Assembly (NCBI GenBank): GCA_964016885.1
Contig: OZ024745.1
Coordinates: 57,288,001-57,352,000, forward strand
DNA: 64,000 nucleotides
Direction: 5' to 3'
Source of the DNA: Eledone cirrhosa
Taxonomy: Eukaryota
Shown: positions 1-13,599 of the stretch, in pieces
Position numbering within the stretch: the stretch's first letter is position 1
Layout: each line of letters opens with the position of its first letter
Notes under the pieces: generated by a model
Database searches by the model: none
What the model was told of the DNA's origin: nothing
Seen by the model: the letters and a program-made list of their open reading frames with translations, nothing else
Program-made: the position numbers and the translations under genes

Positions 1-166
1 TTTGACAGATGTGGAGAAACCCGTATTTAATGGTAGTTACATTTTTTAGCTATTGCTGGAACGTTTTGTCTCCTGTTTGAGAAAGGAGGGTACATAATAA
101 ATATTTCTTTCTTTTTGAGAAAATAGAGTCAGGATAGCAATTCTAATATTGAAAATATACCTTCAA

Positions 167-340
167 ATCGGTAGAGAGTCGGACGCCATGCTTTCCAGCA
201 TAGTTACGTCCCTTTACGGTCTGAGTTCAAATCCCGCCGAGGTTCACTTTGCCTTTCATCCTTACGGGGTTGATAAAATAGAGTACCAGTAATGTACTGG
301 TTTATTGCTGACCGTGTGCCAAAAGTAGAAACAATTATTA
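167..340 (+). mobile_element. tRNA-derived SINE, 5'-truncated
   Basis: B-box GTTCAAATCC, conserved core GCCTTTCATCCTTACGGGGTTGATAAAAT...GTACCAG and tail GTAGAAACAATTAT; same family recurs about 10 times in the window. Confidence 0.85.
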
Positions 341-1189
341 TAAAGGTTACATTAATATATTTTACATAATGCATCTATGAATTTTAGTAATTATACGTAC
401 GAAACTGAAATGCAGTTTTGCGTTACCTGTTGTGGAAAACTCTTTGCAGGAGAATAAATGATAAATTTCTTTAGTTTTGAAAAATATGGTTATTCGTTAG
501 GTGGGCTTAATGAAAATATTCCCAGGTTATATGTTTATGTGGGGAAAATATTTATTATGGTAGCGAGTTATGAAGTGTAGCGATCACAGTATCCTGAGGT
601 GTATTGGACCAATTTAATTACATTTTCCTGTCCCTTGATTTAATTTTTTTGTTTGTCGATTCAGTATCAGAGATATTTAAAGAATTCTCTTCGTTTTTTA
701 GTTTGTTTTACAATTTTTCGCTTATATTATTTTCAAAATACCATAATATTTTGATTGACATTTGAATCTTTTTCTATTTTATGGAAATTTTCCTATTATC
801 CTTACATCCGTCTTTTACTAATTACATTTCATTTCATTATTTTCTTCAATCTTTTAATATATTTCCGCAATTTCCGCTAATATTCATTAACGCATGATCT
901 AATGACAGCCATATTTGTAAGCCAGCTATCACATTGGCAGGTAAGTATATTTCATGATTTTACATGTTATATTTTCTATCTTTTCAAATTTACAATTTCT
1001 TTTCTATAAATATTTGAAGTGGTTCGTTTTATCTTCTTAATTATTTATTGTTTATGACAACTAATTACGTCTCTGAAGAAGTTTAGCAAATATTTTGCTG
1101 AAACATTGTATTGACCAAGCCTATAGTTACTCAATTACTCCATTATAAATATATAGTGCAATCTCATACTACGATCTATTGATTAGAAA

Positions 1190-2456
1190 AAAAATGGTTA
1201 TTATTGAAGCACAATATAAGCAACTGATCAGTGCCTAAGTGGTGAATACCTGTGGATGTTAATATTGCCGACAACATCTGAACGTTTCTGCTGAATAGTA
1301 TGCAAAGTGGAAAACCAAGTTATACTCAAGGAATGTCTTTCCGGTAGGAGAAAAAAAGGTATCTTCCAGGGGGACTCTTTCTCACTACTTGTTATAGTAC
1401 TGATACCTACAACACTCTCAAGTATAAAAATAAAAATGGGTATCTAAAGTTTAAAGCAAGGACAATTCATAGACCAGCTTTTCTGTAAGGATGACGTTAA
1501 ATGTTTGTGAAGTCTGAAAACCAAATAGACTTATTGGTTAAAACATTCCAGATATATAATAGTGACATCGGTATGGAATTTGAGATTTCCACTTCTGTGT
1601 ACTCAACAGAAAGGTGTGAAGAAAGCAGCCTGTAGTGGATTATGACTGCCATTGGAAGAAATTATGAGAAAACCAGCATATGGTGGCTATAAATATGTGG
1701 ATCGGAGAGCTAGATAATAATTTGCACGCAGAATTGAATGAAAAGTTGAGAGGGATATATTTAAAAAGAGTAAAAATTATTTTTAAATCCAGCTTGAATG
1801 CGAGACATGTGGTCACTGAATTGATTATCTTGGCAGTTACAGTGGATAGATACAGCGCATCGATTCTCAGATTGAATAAAGAAGAAATATCAAAATAGGA
1901 CAGAAAGACGAGAAATGTAATGCCATTATACGGAGCTTTACACCCTAAAACAAATATACATGAAGAGAAAAAACGGTGATAGATCCCTCATGAGTACGTA
2001 TCAATGTATAAGGAGTGAAACGATAACGCTTGCAGAATACTTTATAAACAGTGACGAAGAGTTTTAGTAATATGCAGCAGAATATATAGGTATATATGCA
2101 GTAGAGACGGGTGAAAAGAAAGCGTTTACCCAAAGATTCTGAAGAAAAAAGAATACAGCATCTTCTAGGAATGAAAATTCATAGCCAACGTGAAATAAAT
2201 AAACAGGATATCAAGGATAATTCAACATCGTGGACATGGCTTAAGCAAGGCAATTTGAAACGAGGCACTGAAAACATTAAAGATGCAGCTCAAAACCATG
2301 CTCTTGCTACCAACTTCGTGAAGTATAACATCTACAAATCGTCTGACATCCGGAAATGCAGTCCCTCCGGAAGGATTGTGTAAAAGTGGATGTGAGATCC
2401 TTCCGCAAAAAGAATACAAGCATCGCCATGATAAAGTTTGTTTATTCCTTCACTGG
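1190..2456 (+). pseudogene. Degenerate non-LTR retrotransposon, R2 superfamily (R4/Dong-like) RT and C-terminal region
   Basis: Frame-broken motifs GIFQGDSFS (1358), DIGMEF, YLKRVKIIFKSSLNAR, RYSA, WTWLKQGNLKRGTE..AAQNHALATN and SGCEILPQKEYKHRHDKV...HW; sequence ends at a (GAA)n tract. Confidence 0.75.
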
Positions 2457-2457
2457 A

Positions 2458-2691
<234 letters not shown>

Positions 2692-3772
2692 TTTGTTATT
2701 GACCGCCTTTCCTAAATGTGAAATAATAATCATACAACCACAGTCGACTACGGATTGTATCAATGTGAGTATGTGTCCGTAAAACATATACATATACATA
2801 TACACCAGGTCCGAACACAAAGAAACAAAACTCCCACTATCACTGCCTCCGTCTCTCCCGTTCTCCCCATCTCTCACTGTTATGATCAAATGGTGGCCCA
2901 CACGCTGGCCGCCTTGCGGCCCCGGCGAACCTTTGGAAAATAATGTAAACTGCTTGATTCAAATTTAGATTTGGGCAAATACTAGTAGGCATTTTTGCAT
3001 TGTGTTAATTATAACCAGTAGCAATTTGCGAACGGCAAATTCTATTGAGACAGAATATGCATCTACATAATCTCTTCTAAATACATCAGCGATTCTTATC
3101 TCACCAAGTTTCAAACTTTATTTGTTTTCTTGTTATTCTCAATAGACCAACGTATTTTCACTGCAGAGTGAAACACTCTACACTATTCGATATCATTCTA
3201 TATCACTTCATTCTAAAATCTAATAAGATATTTCATGTTTCATATGTAACTATTGGATTCTGCAATATAAATATTGTTCTGTCCTTAAGAAATTCTAGAA
3301 ACCACCACATCGCTCTTGATTCAATCTGTCTGTGCAGCGCTTTAGGCAATTCTATTCTCCTATAACTTCCCGTGATCAATATCAAGAAATTATAATTCGT
3401 TGATGGAAATTTTCAAACCTGTTGTATAAATAAATGTATCATAGTGGTATGTATGAAGGCATATACGATAAGTTTATATATGATAACTCTATGAAAGTTT
3501 AGCCATGAATTTTGTAAATCAGAGAAGGCGTCTCATTTATCTTAGTAGAGCTGAGAAGGCCAGACAGCAGCTTCTAAGATTTACTGCGATAAGGATAGGC
3601 TTAACCCCATATGGGTTTTGTGTAACAAACATCGGTTGGAGATACTTATTTCTGTATGGTAAAAATAGAACATAAGCTTAAGATGCTACTCTGCATACAT
3701 TGACAACTTGACTGGTTAATGGTAATTAGAAGTCACATTAACATGTTAGTGCCATTTCTAATCCAAATAAGT

Positions 3773-3810
<38 letters not shown>

Positions 3811-3816
<6 letters not shown>

Positions 3817-6085
3817 ATAAAATAACAGGAGGCTGGACTGGTGTAAATCCTTGAAAGGTTTATTATACTATGATAATTTCAATGACCGGGTTCCATATGA
3901 ATCCGGTGATATCATCAAGTATTGGAAATAACAAAGGAATATGTAAAAAACCATGGGTCCGAAAAATCATAGACAGAAACAAATAGGACGACTGACCAAC
4001 TAGCTGCCTTTACCACGGCCAGTCGCCCTCAAAGTGGTGGCAACTGAATCTACTAATGATCATCCAGTGAGGAGGCGAAGGTTTATAATGCACTACCACC
4101 TCTCCGTCAAAGAAAAAAGGGGAAGAAAGAAAGAAAGGAAGAAAGAAGAAAAAAGGAAGAAAGAAAGAAATCAGCGTAAGGGTCACACTACATTCATGCT
4201 AGAAAATGCCGCGAAAAAAATGCTACTCCAAAGAATCTATAATGGGTGTCTGTATGATCTAATGTGTGAACCGAAGATTGGAACGTTAAACTTATGCTGC
4301 GAGTTATAGGATGAAATTAAATTAAATTAAAAATATTAAATTGCAAAATGATAAATTGAAAAATAAATTATTAGAAAATTAAAGGTTAAGGTAGCGAGAT
4401 TTATTTAATGAACTTACGGAGAGAGTCTTCTATGAAAAGATGTATCTCGATAAGATATTAGGATGGGATATAGAGTAAAGATTTCGATTGCGAGTCCCAG
4501 CCAGCACCCCCCCCCCCTACCAAGAGTCAGCCAGTCTCGAGTGGTATCGTCCAGCGAAAGAAATGGAAATTAATCTTTCCGAGTACTCTAGGAACGTAGC
4601 TACCTTAGGCCCTGGGAGCGCTAGCGGGAACTCCACAATTTCGACAGGCCATCGTCTATACCGAACGAATATTATTAAATCACACATGAGGTGTTTATTT
4701 ACGTGCCAGTAGAGGCATGGCATGATAGAGCTAATAGTTATGCCTAAACCTGGAGTTTATAGGTATAAGTATAATACGGCGGCCAAAACAGGCGTCGCGG
4801 TGGGACCGGGGCAAAGCAACCCGCTCCGAATAATTTCGTTTACCGAAAGAGGAGAAATTTATTTTTCCGAGCACTCAAGGAAGGCTGAACTTTCTGAGTG
4901 CCCAGCGCGCAGCCGGGAAAAGCCACCACATAAGTCGAAGGTAGCAACCCAATGAAAAGTGCAAATAGACCATAATTATTTTAAAGTCCCAGTTAGTCCT
5001 GGTTATAAGTGGTGTAGTTCCTAGGTGGGTAGGTGGCTATGAAAGGTGCATAATGACCTGAGTAATGAAAGTTACAAAACAATAATAAAAGCAGGATACA
5101 AAGATAAAATACAAATATAAAGATAGAATACATTTATAAAAATACATTAATAAAAAAACATTAATAAAATAATAAAAAAAATAATAAAGGTAAATAACTA
5201 GGGAGATTAGAAAGACGGAAGTATATAAGAACGTATCGGAGCAATCACAGTGTGGGGGAAATACAATATAGATCAAGTTGTAGTAAGATAATACAGGTTG
5301 TACATATAGATATAGAGGATGGAGGAGATGGAATGGTAACAGGTTGTACCTAGTGTAAAGTTCGGGTCTCCGAATTCAGTGTGAGTCACAAAAAGTCCTG
5401 AGGTATAGAGTAGAGAATTCAGTCAATACAATACATGTTTTAGTATAATACGTAGAGTTTTGTCGGAATCGGAATCGTCCCGACAAGGAAGTAGTATCAG
5501 GTGGCGGTAGATAAAGCACAGAGCAGCCAAAATCCGAATGGTAGGTAGATCAGTTAATCCCATGCTGGCAATAGCTGTACACTGAAGTCAGTGCCTCTGT
5601 TCAATATTACATTTTGAAGTGCTCAACATTATTGGAGCATTATTTCTTTAGGTTTGTTGGTTCACCACTGGATAGAGTTGGTCATTCCGTATGGTCAATC
5701 TTGGTGTAATATTGTGGAGAGTACACAACGTAGTGCAGTTCACCCATCTTCATTTGTGTAGTTGGTGGTGCGAATACGGAGTTAATTATAAATAAAATAA
5801 TATAACAGGAGGCTGGACTGGTGTAAATCCTTGAAAGGTTTATTATACACATTTTTCGGACCCATGGTTTTTTACATATTCCTTTGTTATATTCCAATAC
5901 CTGATGATATCACCGGATTCATATGGAACCCGGTCATTGAAATGATCATAGTATAATAAACCTTTCAAGGATTTACACCAGTCCAGCCTCCTGTTATTTA
6001 ATTTTATTTATAATTAACTCCGTATTCGCACCACCAACTACACAAACGAAGATGGGTGAACTGCACTACGTTGAATACTCTCCAC
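3811..6085. mobile_element. HHR-bounded PLE-type non-autonomous element (family A): minus-strand unit 5848->3811 plus inverted segment 5851-6085
   Basis: 3811-3868 is a direct repeat of 5791-5848; 3811-3968 is the reverse complement of 5851-6010; 5715-5848 is the reverse complement of 5951-6085; 3' end abuts (TA)n at 3775-3810. Confidence 0.7.
5897..5954 (+). ncRNA. Type I hammerhead ribozyme (family A); degenerate copy at 3865-3922 (-)
   Basis: Stem I ATAC/GTAT, core CTGATGA, stem II CCGGATTC/GAACCCGG, GAAA-T-GATC-AT-A (palindromic stem III); predicted cleavage after A5950. Confidence 0.75.
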
Positions 6086-8018
6086 TCTCCACTCCCTCTC
6101 CACTCTCCACTCCCTCTCCCTCTTTCTTCTACTGGCAAGTTCAGCTACCCCTTCCTTCCACAAATTGCCATGATAGAATTATGTGTCTCAACAACAAACT
6201 TTTGACCAATGCTTGTGACAATCACTTTTACCATATATGGAATTATCCCCTGAGAAGCTCGGCTATTCATTTACCAGGATAAACATTTTCATTTAGTCCA
6301 GAATTAGCCGTCGAAACAGCTTGAGCTCAGCCGTCGGGGTCCTACTCGTTCCTATTACCCACTCTACTACCCTAAGTATTGAGTACTTTGGTGGGTTATG
6401 GTCCATCTGGTTCCTTACCACATTTCCTTCGTTATATATATATATATATATATATATTTCTGCGTCCCGCAGCAATTTCACAAATATTCACAAATTATTG
6501 TTATTTATTCTGTTTTATATTATTTTTATTTTTAGGTGTTATTAAAAGAGAATAAATTGAGACTAAAACTGCCATAAGAAGTGTTGATATAATTGACTAA
6601 ACCTTTTCAAAGTCAACAAATGAGCTTCCTTATCATTTGGATTCATTTAAATGTTTTTTATATGCTTGAAGGAAAATATTTCAAAACTTTAGCTGAAACC
6701 AATAGACTATTTAACATTAATGCCTGGAACAAGTCAGCAACTAGGCAGTGAGCAATATCTTTTGATTTGGCAAGCATCACTTCATGATGAAGAAGATTTA
6801 AATAAAAATCTTTCTTTTATCAATAGTTTGTAGACAGATACATGTACATGCCATTGTACTCTAAATAGCATAATTTCGACGATGGTGGCAATGTCATGAA
6901 TGTAATACGAGTTATTGTCGTTGATGTTTAAGAGAGATTTAGCTGAGATTACACCAACTTCTGATAACATTCCGTATTTATCCATCGTACAGGGACGCGA
7001 GGTCAGACGACACCAGAACATTTTCTAAGTGTATACGCTGTGAATAAACTGAATTTGACTCATGTAGCTAACAGATCGAACGAACAAATATAGATTTGAT
7101 TTAGAATTTTAAATTCTGTGTGTACTTTATTGCATGCATGAGGAGGCAGAAGTGGACAGAATCGCCAATGGGAATCGAACTCAAATATGCCGTCTGTTAA
7201 ACGGCCAGTTTACCAAGCGTTAGGTGTTGCTTCTTCTGGCCGCCAGAATGTTTTTCAGAAAATAAATATTACACGTTTCCCACATCTATTATATAATCGT
7301 TCATGAATATTTTCTTTCTGTTTTTCCTATTCCGGTATTTAAAACATCCACTTCAGTATATTGCTTTTTCTCGTATAAGTGTGAATGGGTTTGCGGGCGG
7401 GTTTGTGTGTGTGAGAGAGAGTGAATCTGTGTTCATGTATGTTGTGTTTACTAGAATATGATAATGTCGGTAATGTGGGGAAGTCAGAAAATATATTCAA
7501 AGAACTCATTACTGTCATTACAAACGTGATTTATTATATCGGCATACATTACTTTATTGCACATCTTTATAGACAGATATTTGAATTTATGTTAAAAACT
7601 GTCATGATTTTTCGTAATATTTCCGTTTATTTTCAAATCTTTGATTCATTTGATAGAATATTAATCTTAATTTTAAAATGCCACGTTCAAATCAAATTAA
7701 TTCCTCTACAATCTTTAAAATATTAATGGTATGCGCATGCATGGTGTAATAATATCTAATGTGTAAACATACTCGGCGCTTTTATGTTGATTTATTGCAC
7801 CAACGTTAATATCCTTCCTTCTCAGCTTTTCAACGAAACTGATGTAATGCATGAGGCGTAATGTAATTTCGCGCAAGAAAATTCCTTCAATAATGTTTTG
7901 AACACCTCTTTTAAAATAAATACCCTTCGAGGTTTCAGTTAATTTCGTTAAGGATAAATAAACAATTCGTATAATTACACACACACACGCACACACGCAC
8001 ACACACACGCGCGCGGCG

Positions 8019-8097
<79 letters not shown>

Positions 8098-8167
8098 ACA
8101 CATATATATATATATATATTCTGAGAGAGTGTGGGGAAGATAGATAGATAGATTCATATATAGATAT

Positions 8168-9469
8168 ATTTCTTTTATTTGCCACTAGGGCATCAAAAGT
8201 GGGACAAGTACAAAGGGGGGAGTTTACACAAAAAGGCGTCCTCAATAAGGAGGAGGCAATAACAAAATATAAAAATAAAATAAGATATAACAAAAAATAA
8301 AATTTTTAACAAAATCCTCAATAGAGAGGAGGCGCCTTGGGGGGTCGCACACACCCCCGAAAAAAGTGTGCAACCCTTCTCCTCAGGAGCACAGAGAAGG
8401 GGTGCTCCCTTGGTCTTTCATCTTCCTCACCTATAGTCTGATGTAGAGTGAAGGCCCATTCACACGGGCCATTCTCGCCACTTTCACCCATCTTTCATAG
8501 AAACGGCTGGGGTGCAGCACCTCTCTCTCCATCCTGATCCTTCTTCCGAAATGATATCGGAAGAAACGGACCAGTTGTTGGCCAGAGAGAAAGGTGCCCG
8601 ACCTCAGTCCTTTCAGACGCGTCCACCATACAACCTCTTTCGCCATGGCTATTACGCACAGAAACACCGCCTCTGCTTCATCTTTGAAGGGGGGAGGCGG
8701 CTTGATCATTACAATAGACTCGGTGGTCAACCGGATCGGTCCCACCCTTGACAGCAGTTGTTCGACATAGCCCCACAGATCGGCTACGCCCGAGCAGTGT
8801 ACTAATGCGTGTGCAACGGTTTCCTCGTCGCACACGCATCTGGGACAGATCTTTTTGGCGGGGTCCCTACCCGGGCGCCCGTGTCTGTAGAGCCTTTCTC
8901 GAACGGGTAAAGCCCCTCGGTAGCACTGCCAGGCCAGGGACTTCTGGAAGTTGTCCATAGGTCCCGGGCTGAATGTCCTACCGAACAGGCTGGCCAGTTC
9001 GTCCTCCTCCATGTCTAGGGCTTCTCCGAGGGCGTCGTCGCACCTGCTGCGTACCAGCCCTCTATAGAATGTTGCGGTGGAGTCTCCACTGATAACCGGA
9101 TCCGCCTGCCAGAGGGCGGTGAGCGCCTGGGCACACTCAGTGTGCCAGGCGCCCAGTTTTCTCGGTCTTTGCTTGACCCAGGATTGCAGCTCGGTGAGTG
9201 AGACGAGTCTGGGAAAGGTTCGTCTCACAAACGAGGCCCACACCGGTTGTCCGGTGAGGAATACGTAGAGGTGCCGTAGCCTTAATGCGTGTTTACGCAT
9301 CATTAGCCACGGCATCCCCAGCCCTCCTTTCGAAGGGTGTTGACAGCAGATGGATCTCCTCACCATAGGAGCCCGCCTCTTCCAAAGGAATTGGAAGAGC
9401 GCGCGCTCCATCTTGGTGAGGGTTTCCCTTGGGCAGGGCACTACGGTCAGGCGGTAGTAGATGACGGAG
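8168..9469 (-). mobile_element. 5'-truncated Tx1-clade (L1 group) LINE, copy 1
   Basis: ORF 8431-9469 encodes the ORF2 C-terminus (SKGGLGMP, zinc finger CPRCVCDEETVAHALVHC); near-identical to copy 2; flanked by (GATA)n on both sides. Confidence 0.88.
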
Positions 9470-9471
9470 AT

Positions 9472-9530
<59 letters not shown>

Positions 9531-12500
9531 TGTTTCTTTTATTTGCCATCAGGTCATCAAAAGTGGGACAAGTACAAAGGGGGGAGTTTACACAGAAAGG
9601 CGTCCTCAATAAGGAGGAGGCAATAACAACATATAAAAATAAAATAAAATATAACAAAAAATAAAATTTATAACAAAATCCTCAATAGAGAGGAGGCGCC
9701 TTGGGGGGTCGCACACACCCCCGAAAAAAGTGTGCAACCCTTTTCCTCAGGAGCACAGAGAGGGGGTGCTCCCTCGTTCCTTCCTCTTTTCCACCTACAG
9801 GCTTATGTAAAGAGAAGGCCCATTCACACGGGCCATTCTCGCCACTTTCACCCACCTTTCATAAAAACGACTGGGGTGGAGCACCTCTCTCTCCATCCTG
9901 ATCCTTCTTCCGAAATGATATCGGAAGAAACGGACCAGTTGTTGGCCAGAGAGAAAGGTGCCTGACCTCAGTCCTTTCAGACGCGTCCACCATACAACCT
10001 CTTTCGCCATGGCTATTACGCACAGAAACACCGCCTCTGCTTCATCTTTGAAGGGGGAGGCGGCTTGATCATTACAATAGACTCGGTGGTCAACCGGATC
10101 GGTCCCACCCTTGACAGCAGTTGTTCGACATAGCCCCACAGATCGGCTACGCCCGAGCAGTGTACCAATGCGTGTGCAACGGTTTCCTCGTCGCACACGC
10201 ATCTGGGACAGATCTTTTTGGCGGGGTCCCTACCCGGGCGCCCGTGTCTGTAGAGCCTTTCTCGAACGGGTAAAGCCCCTCGGTAGCACTGCCAGGCCAG
10301 GGACTTCTGGAAGTTGTCCATAGGTCCCGGGCTGAATGTCCTACCGAACAGGCTGGCCAGTTCGTCCTCCTCCATGTCTAGGGCTTCTCCGAGGGCGTCG
10401 TCGCACCTGCTGCATACCAGCCCTCTATAGAATGTTGCGGTCGAGTCTCCACTGATAACCGGATCCGCCTGCCAGAGGGCGGTGAGCGCCTGGGCACACT
10501 CAGTGTGCCAGGCGCCCAGTTTTCTCGGTCTTTGCTTGACCCAGGATTGCAGCTCGGTGAGTGAGACGAGTCTGGGAAAGGTTCGTCTCACAAACGAGGC
10601 CCACACCGGTTGACCGGTGAGGAATACGTAGAGGTGCCGTAGCCTTAATGCGTGTTTACGCATCATTAGCCACGGCATCCCCAGCCCTCCTTTCGAAGGG
10701 TGTTGACAGCAGATGGATCTCCTCACCATAGGAGCCCGCCTCTTCCAAAGGAATTGGAAGAGTGCGCGCTCCATCTTGGTGAGGGTTTCCCTTGGGTAGG
10801 GCACTACGGTCAGGCGGTAGTAGATGACGGACGCTATGTAGGTGTTCGCCACCTCCGCCCGACCTTTCAGGGATAGTTTGCAACTGGCCCACTTCTGGGT
10901 CAGTGCAAACACCCTGTTCGTAACCTCCGCCCAGTTTTTCTCCACCTGGAGGTCCGGTCCGACCCAGACCCCGAGCAACTTCACCGGGCCCTCCGTCCAG
11001 CGTCCGACGACGCCATCGGAGGGCATCGGTCTGCCCCTCCACGTGCCGAGTTGCAAACCGATCGACTTGTCCCGGTTCAGCTTAGCCCCTGTGAACCTTT
11101 CGTACTCCTCCAGTAAGGTGCCGACCGCCTCGATTTCGGAGGCCGTCGTCACCATTACTGTCACGTCATCGGCGTAGGCCGACACCGCTTTCCGCAATCC
11201 CGGTTCCAAAGGGATGCCCTGCAATAACTCCAACTTCCGCAGTAGTGGCTCGAGAGTCAACACATACAGAAGGGAGGAGAGAGGGCACCCTTGTCGGATG
11301 GACCGCGCGATTTTGAACGGCTCCGAGAGGTAGCCGTTCACCTTGACCCTAGAGCAGATGCGGCTGCTGTGCATAGCAGTGATCCAGCCCCTGAAAACGG
11401 GTCCGAAGCCTTCCGCCGCTAGCACCGCATCCAGGTAACCATGGTCGACCCTATCGAACGCCTTAGATTGATCCAAGTTGATCAGAGCCCCACCAAAGCC
11501 GGGTTCGTTCCCAACCCTCTCTATGATGTATCGCATGAGGTGGAGGTTGTCATGGATGGACCTGGACGGGATAGCGCATGTCTGCGCATCTCCCAACAGG
11601 TTGCCCACGACAAGCGCCAACCTCTTTGCTAGCACCTTGGCCAAAATCTGTAACTCTGTATTTAGCAGAGTTATGGGCCTGAAGTTACTTATTTCGTCCC
11701 CCTTGTTCTCGTCCTTCCTCACTAGCGTGACTACGCCCTTGGTCACAGTACAGGGAATTCTCCCGTTCTGTTGCCAGTTGCAGTAGACCGCCTCGAGGAG
11801 ATCGGGGAACAAGTCCGGCATAGCTAGATATAATTCGTAAGGAAGACCATCGAGACCCGGGGATTTGCGTTTTCCGCATTGGCTCAGCACGTCCTCTATC
11901 TCAGCGGCCGAAATCGGCTCCTCGCAGGATTTCGCCTCCCTGTCCGAGAGGCGCGGCAGGCCGTCGAGGTATGGACCGAAGTCCACGTTCCCAACCGGCT
12001 CCCCGCCCCTCCCGAACAGTCGGGCAAAGTGCCTTTGAAAGGCCTCACACATCTGCTTAGGCTCAAGAATCGCCCGTCCATCCAGGTCTCGCAAAGACCG
12101 GATGGTGGATTTAGTTCCACTGTTGGCCTCTGTTACGTGGGCCCAGCTAACAGCTTTGGTCCCCTCGTTCCATAGAGCACGTATTTTACTTCGGACAACG
12201 CAGCCTTCGTGCTTCGCGTCGAAAAACTGGCTCAAAGCCGTTCTCGACGCTAGCACTCTGGCCACGTCTCCGCTTCTAATAGCCTCTTCTACTCTATCCA
12301 TTAGCTCCCTTTCCTTCCTATTCCTATCCGCAGCTAGAACCTTACTAAATTCTATCGAGACTACTCTAATCTCTCTCTTTAGAGATACCCACCACCTGCT
12401 GTTGACGATCGCTCCAGTCAACCGTTCCTTAACTAACGTACTAATCCGATCCCTGTAGGCTCTACTTGCCGGCAAGGACAAGTTGAGCTTCCAGTAACCG

Positions 12501-12775
12501 GGGCCCTGTCTATGCGTTCTATCAAGATTGACCATGCAGGTCACCAACTTGTGGTCTGAATAGCCAACCATGAGCATTTCGGGACAACTTAAAAAGTCCC
12601 TGTCCTTATTTCTAACTAAAAATCTATCTAGGTACGACCTAGATGATCCGCTGCGATTTGACCAAGACCAGGTTGGCACCGTCGGAAAATCTAGTCGAAA
12701 TCTATCGGCCAGGTCAAATCGGCCGAGTAACCCCTTGAGGCTGTTGCACCCCTCTCTATCGGGACATGCCCCTGC

Positions 12776-12776
<1 letters not shown>
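9531..12776 (-). mobile_element. 5'-truncated Tx1-clade (L1 group) LINE, copy 2
   Basis: 3' UTR 9531-9795 and ORF2 from the end of the APE endonuclease to the C-terminus; bounded by (GATA)n at 9469-9529 and 12776-12836. Confidence 0.9.
9795..12776 (-). pseudogene. Tx1-like ORF2 (APE endonuclease C-term, reverse transcriptase, CCHC finger) with a 1-nt frameshift near 10055
   Basis: SRSYLDRFL and YSDHKLV (APE); KSPGLDGLP, NFRPITLLN, LDQSKAFDRV, IRQGCPLS, YADD (RT). A G-run is one base shorter than in copy 1, splitting ORFs 10016-12925 and 9795-10202. The N-terminus of the tracked ORF is microsatellite. Confidence 0.88.
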
Positions 12777-12837
<61 letters not shown>

Positions 12838-13469
12838 GAATGGATAGTAAATGACAGATAATTTTTTTTAAAGCTTGTACAATGTGGTAGAAAATAAGAA
12901 GGGCAAATGATGGTAAATGAAACAAAGCAATATAAAGTAGAGTAATATTTTACCCAGTGCATTATGGCATGATATTTCTGGGGTAATTATTACCCTCTTA
13001 TCAGATGCCAGAAAATCTTTTAAAAGGAATTCTGTAAGGTATGAGAAAAAAAATGTATAAACCTGTTAAATGGAATGACTTCATCCTCATCAAACCAGCA
13101 TGGTGTAAGAAGTATTACAAGCATGCATAGATTGACAAAAAAGATAATATTTGAACAACACGAAAAAAAGGACGAGCCCAAATTGCTACTAGAAATAGCA
13201 GCCAATTTAACCGGTTATGAACTCAACATTTAAGGAGTATCAAATACCATACATAAGTAAATTTATACGCAATATACATAACATCTGAATGATAAAAATA
13301 ATCATTAAAATAAATCTAATTCACAGAAGCAGACAGATATAGAACATTAGCTTTAGCTGGCTTAACTAAAATACTATTCCCAGGGAAAGAGCCCTGTGAA
13401 GTGTTCTTATTTTAGATTACATTACTGCGATCAACCAGTCAGCCATTTCGTAAAAGATGTCCTATATGT

Positions 13470-13599
<130 letters not shown>

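Noticed and set aside
1065-1116. CTGAAGA...GAAACATTGTA hammerhead-like motif (similar one at 20129-20182)
   Set aside because: Stem I or the cleavage triplet is not properly formed and there is no second copy; possibly decayed HHRs, but not supportable.
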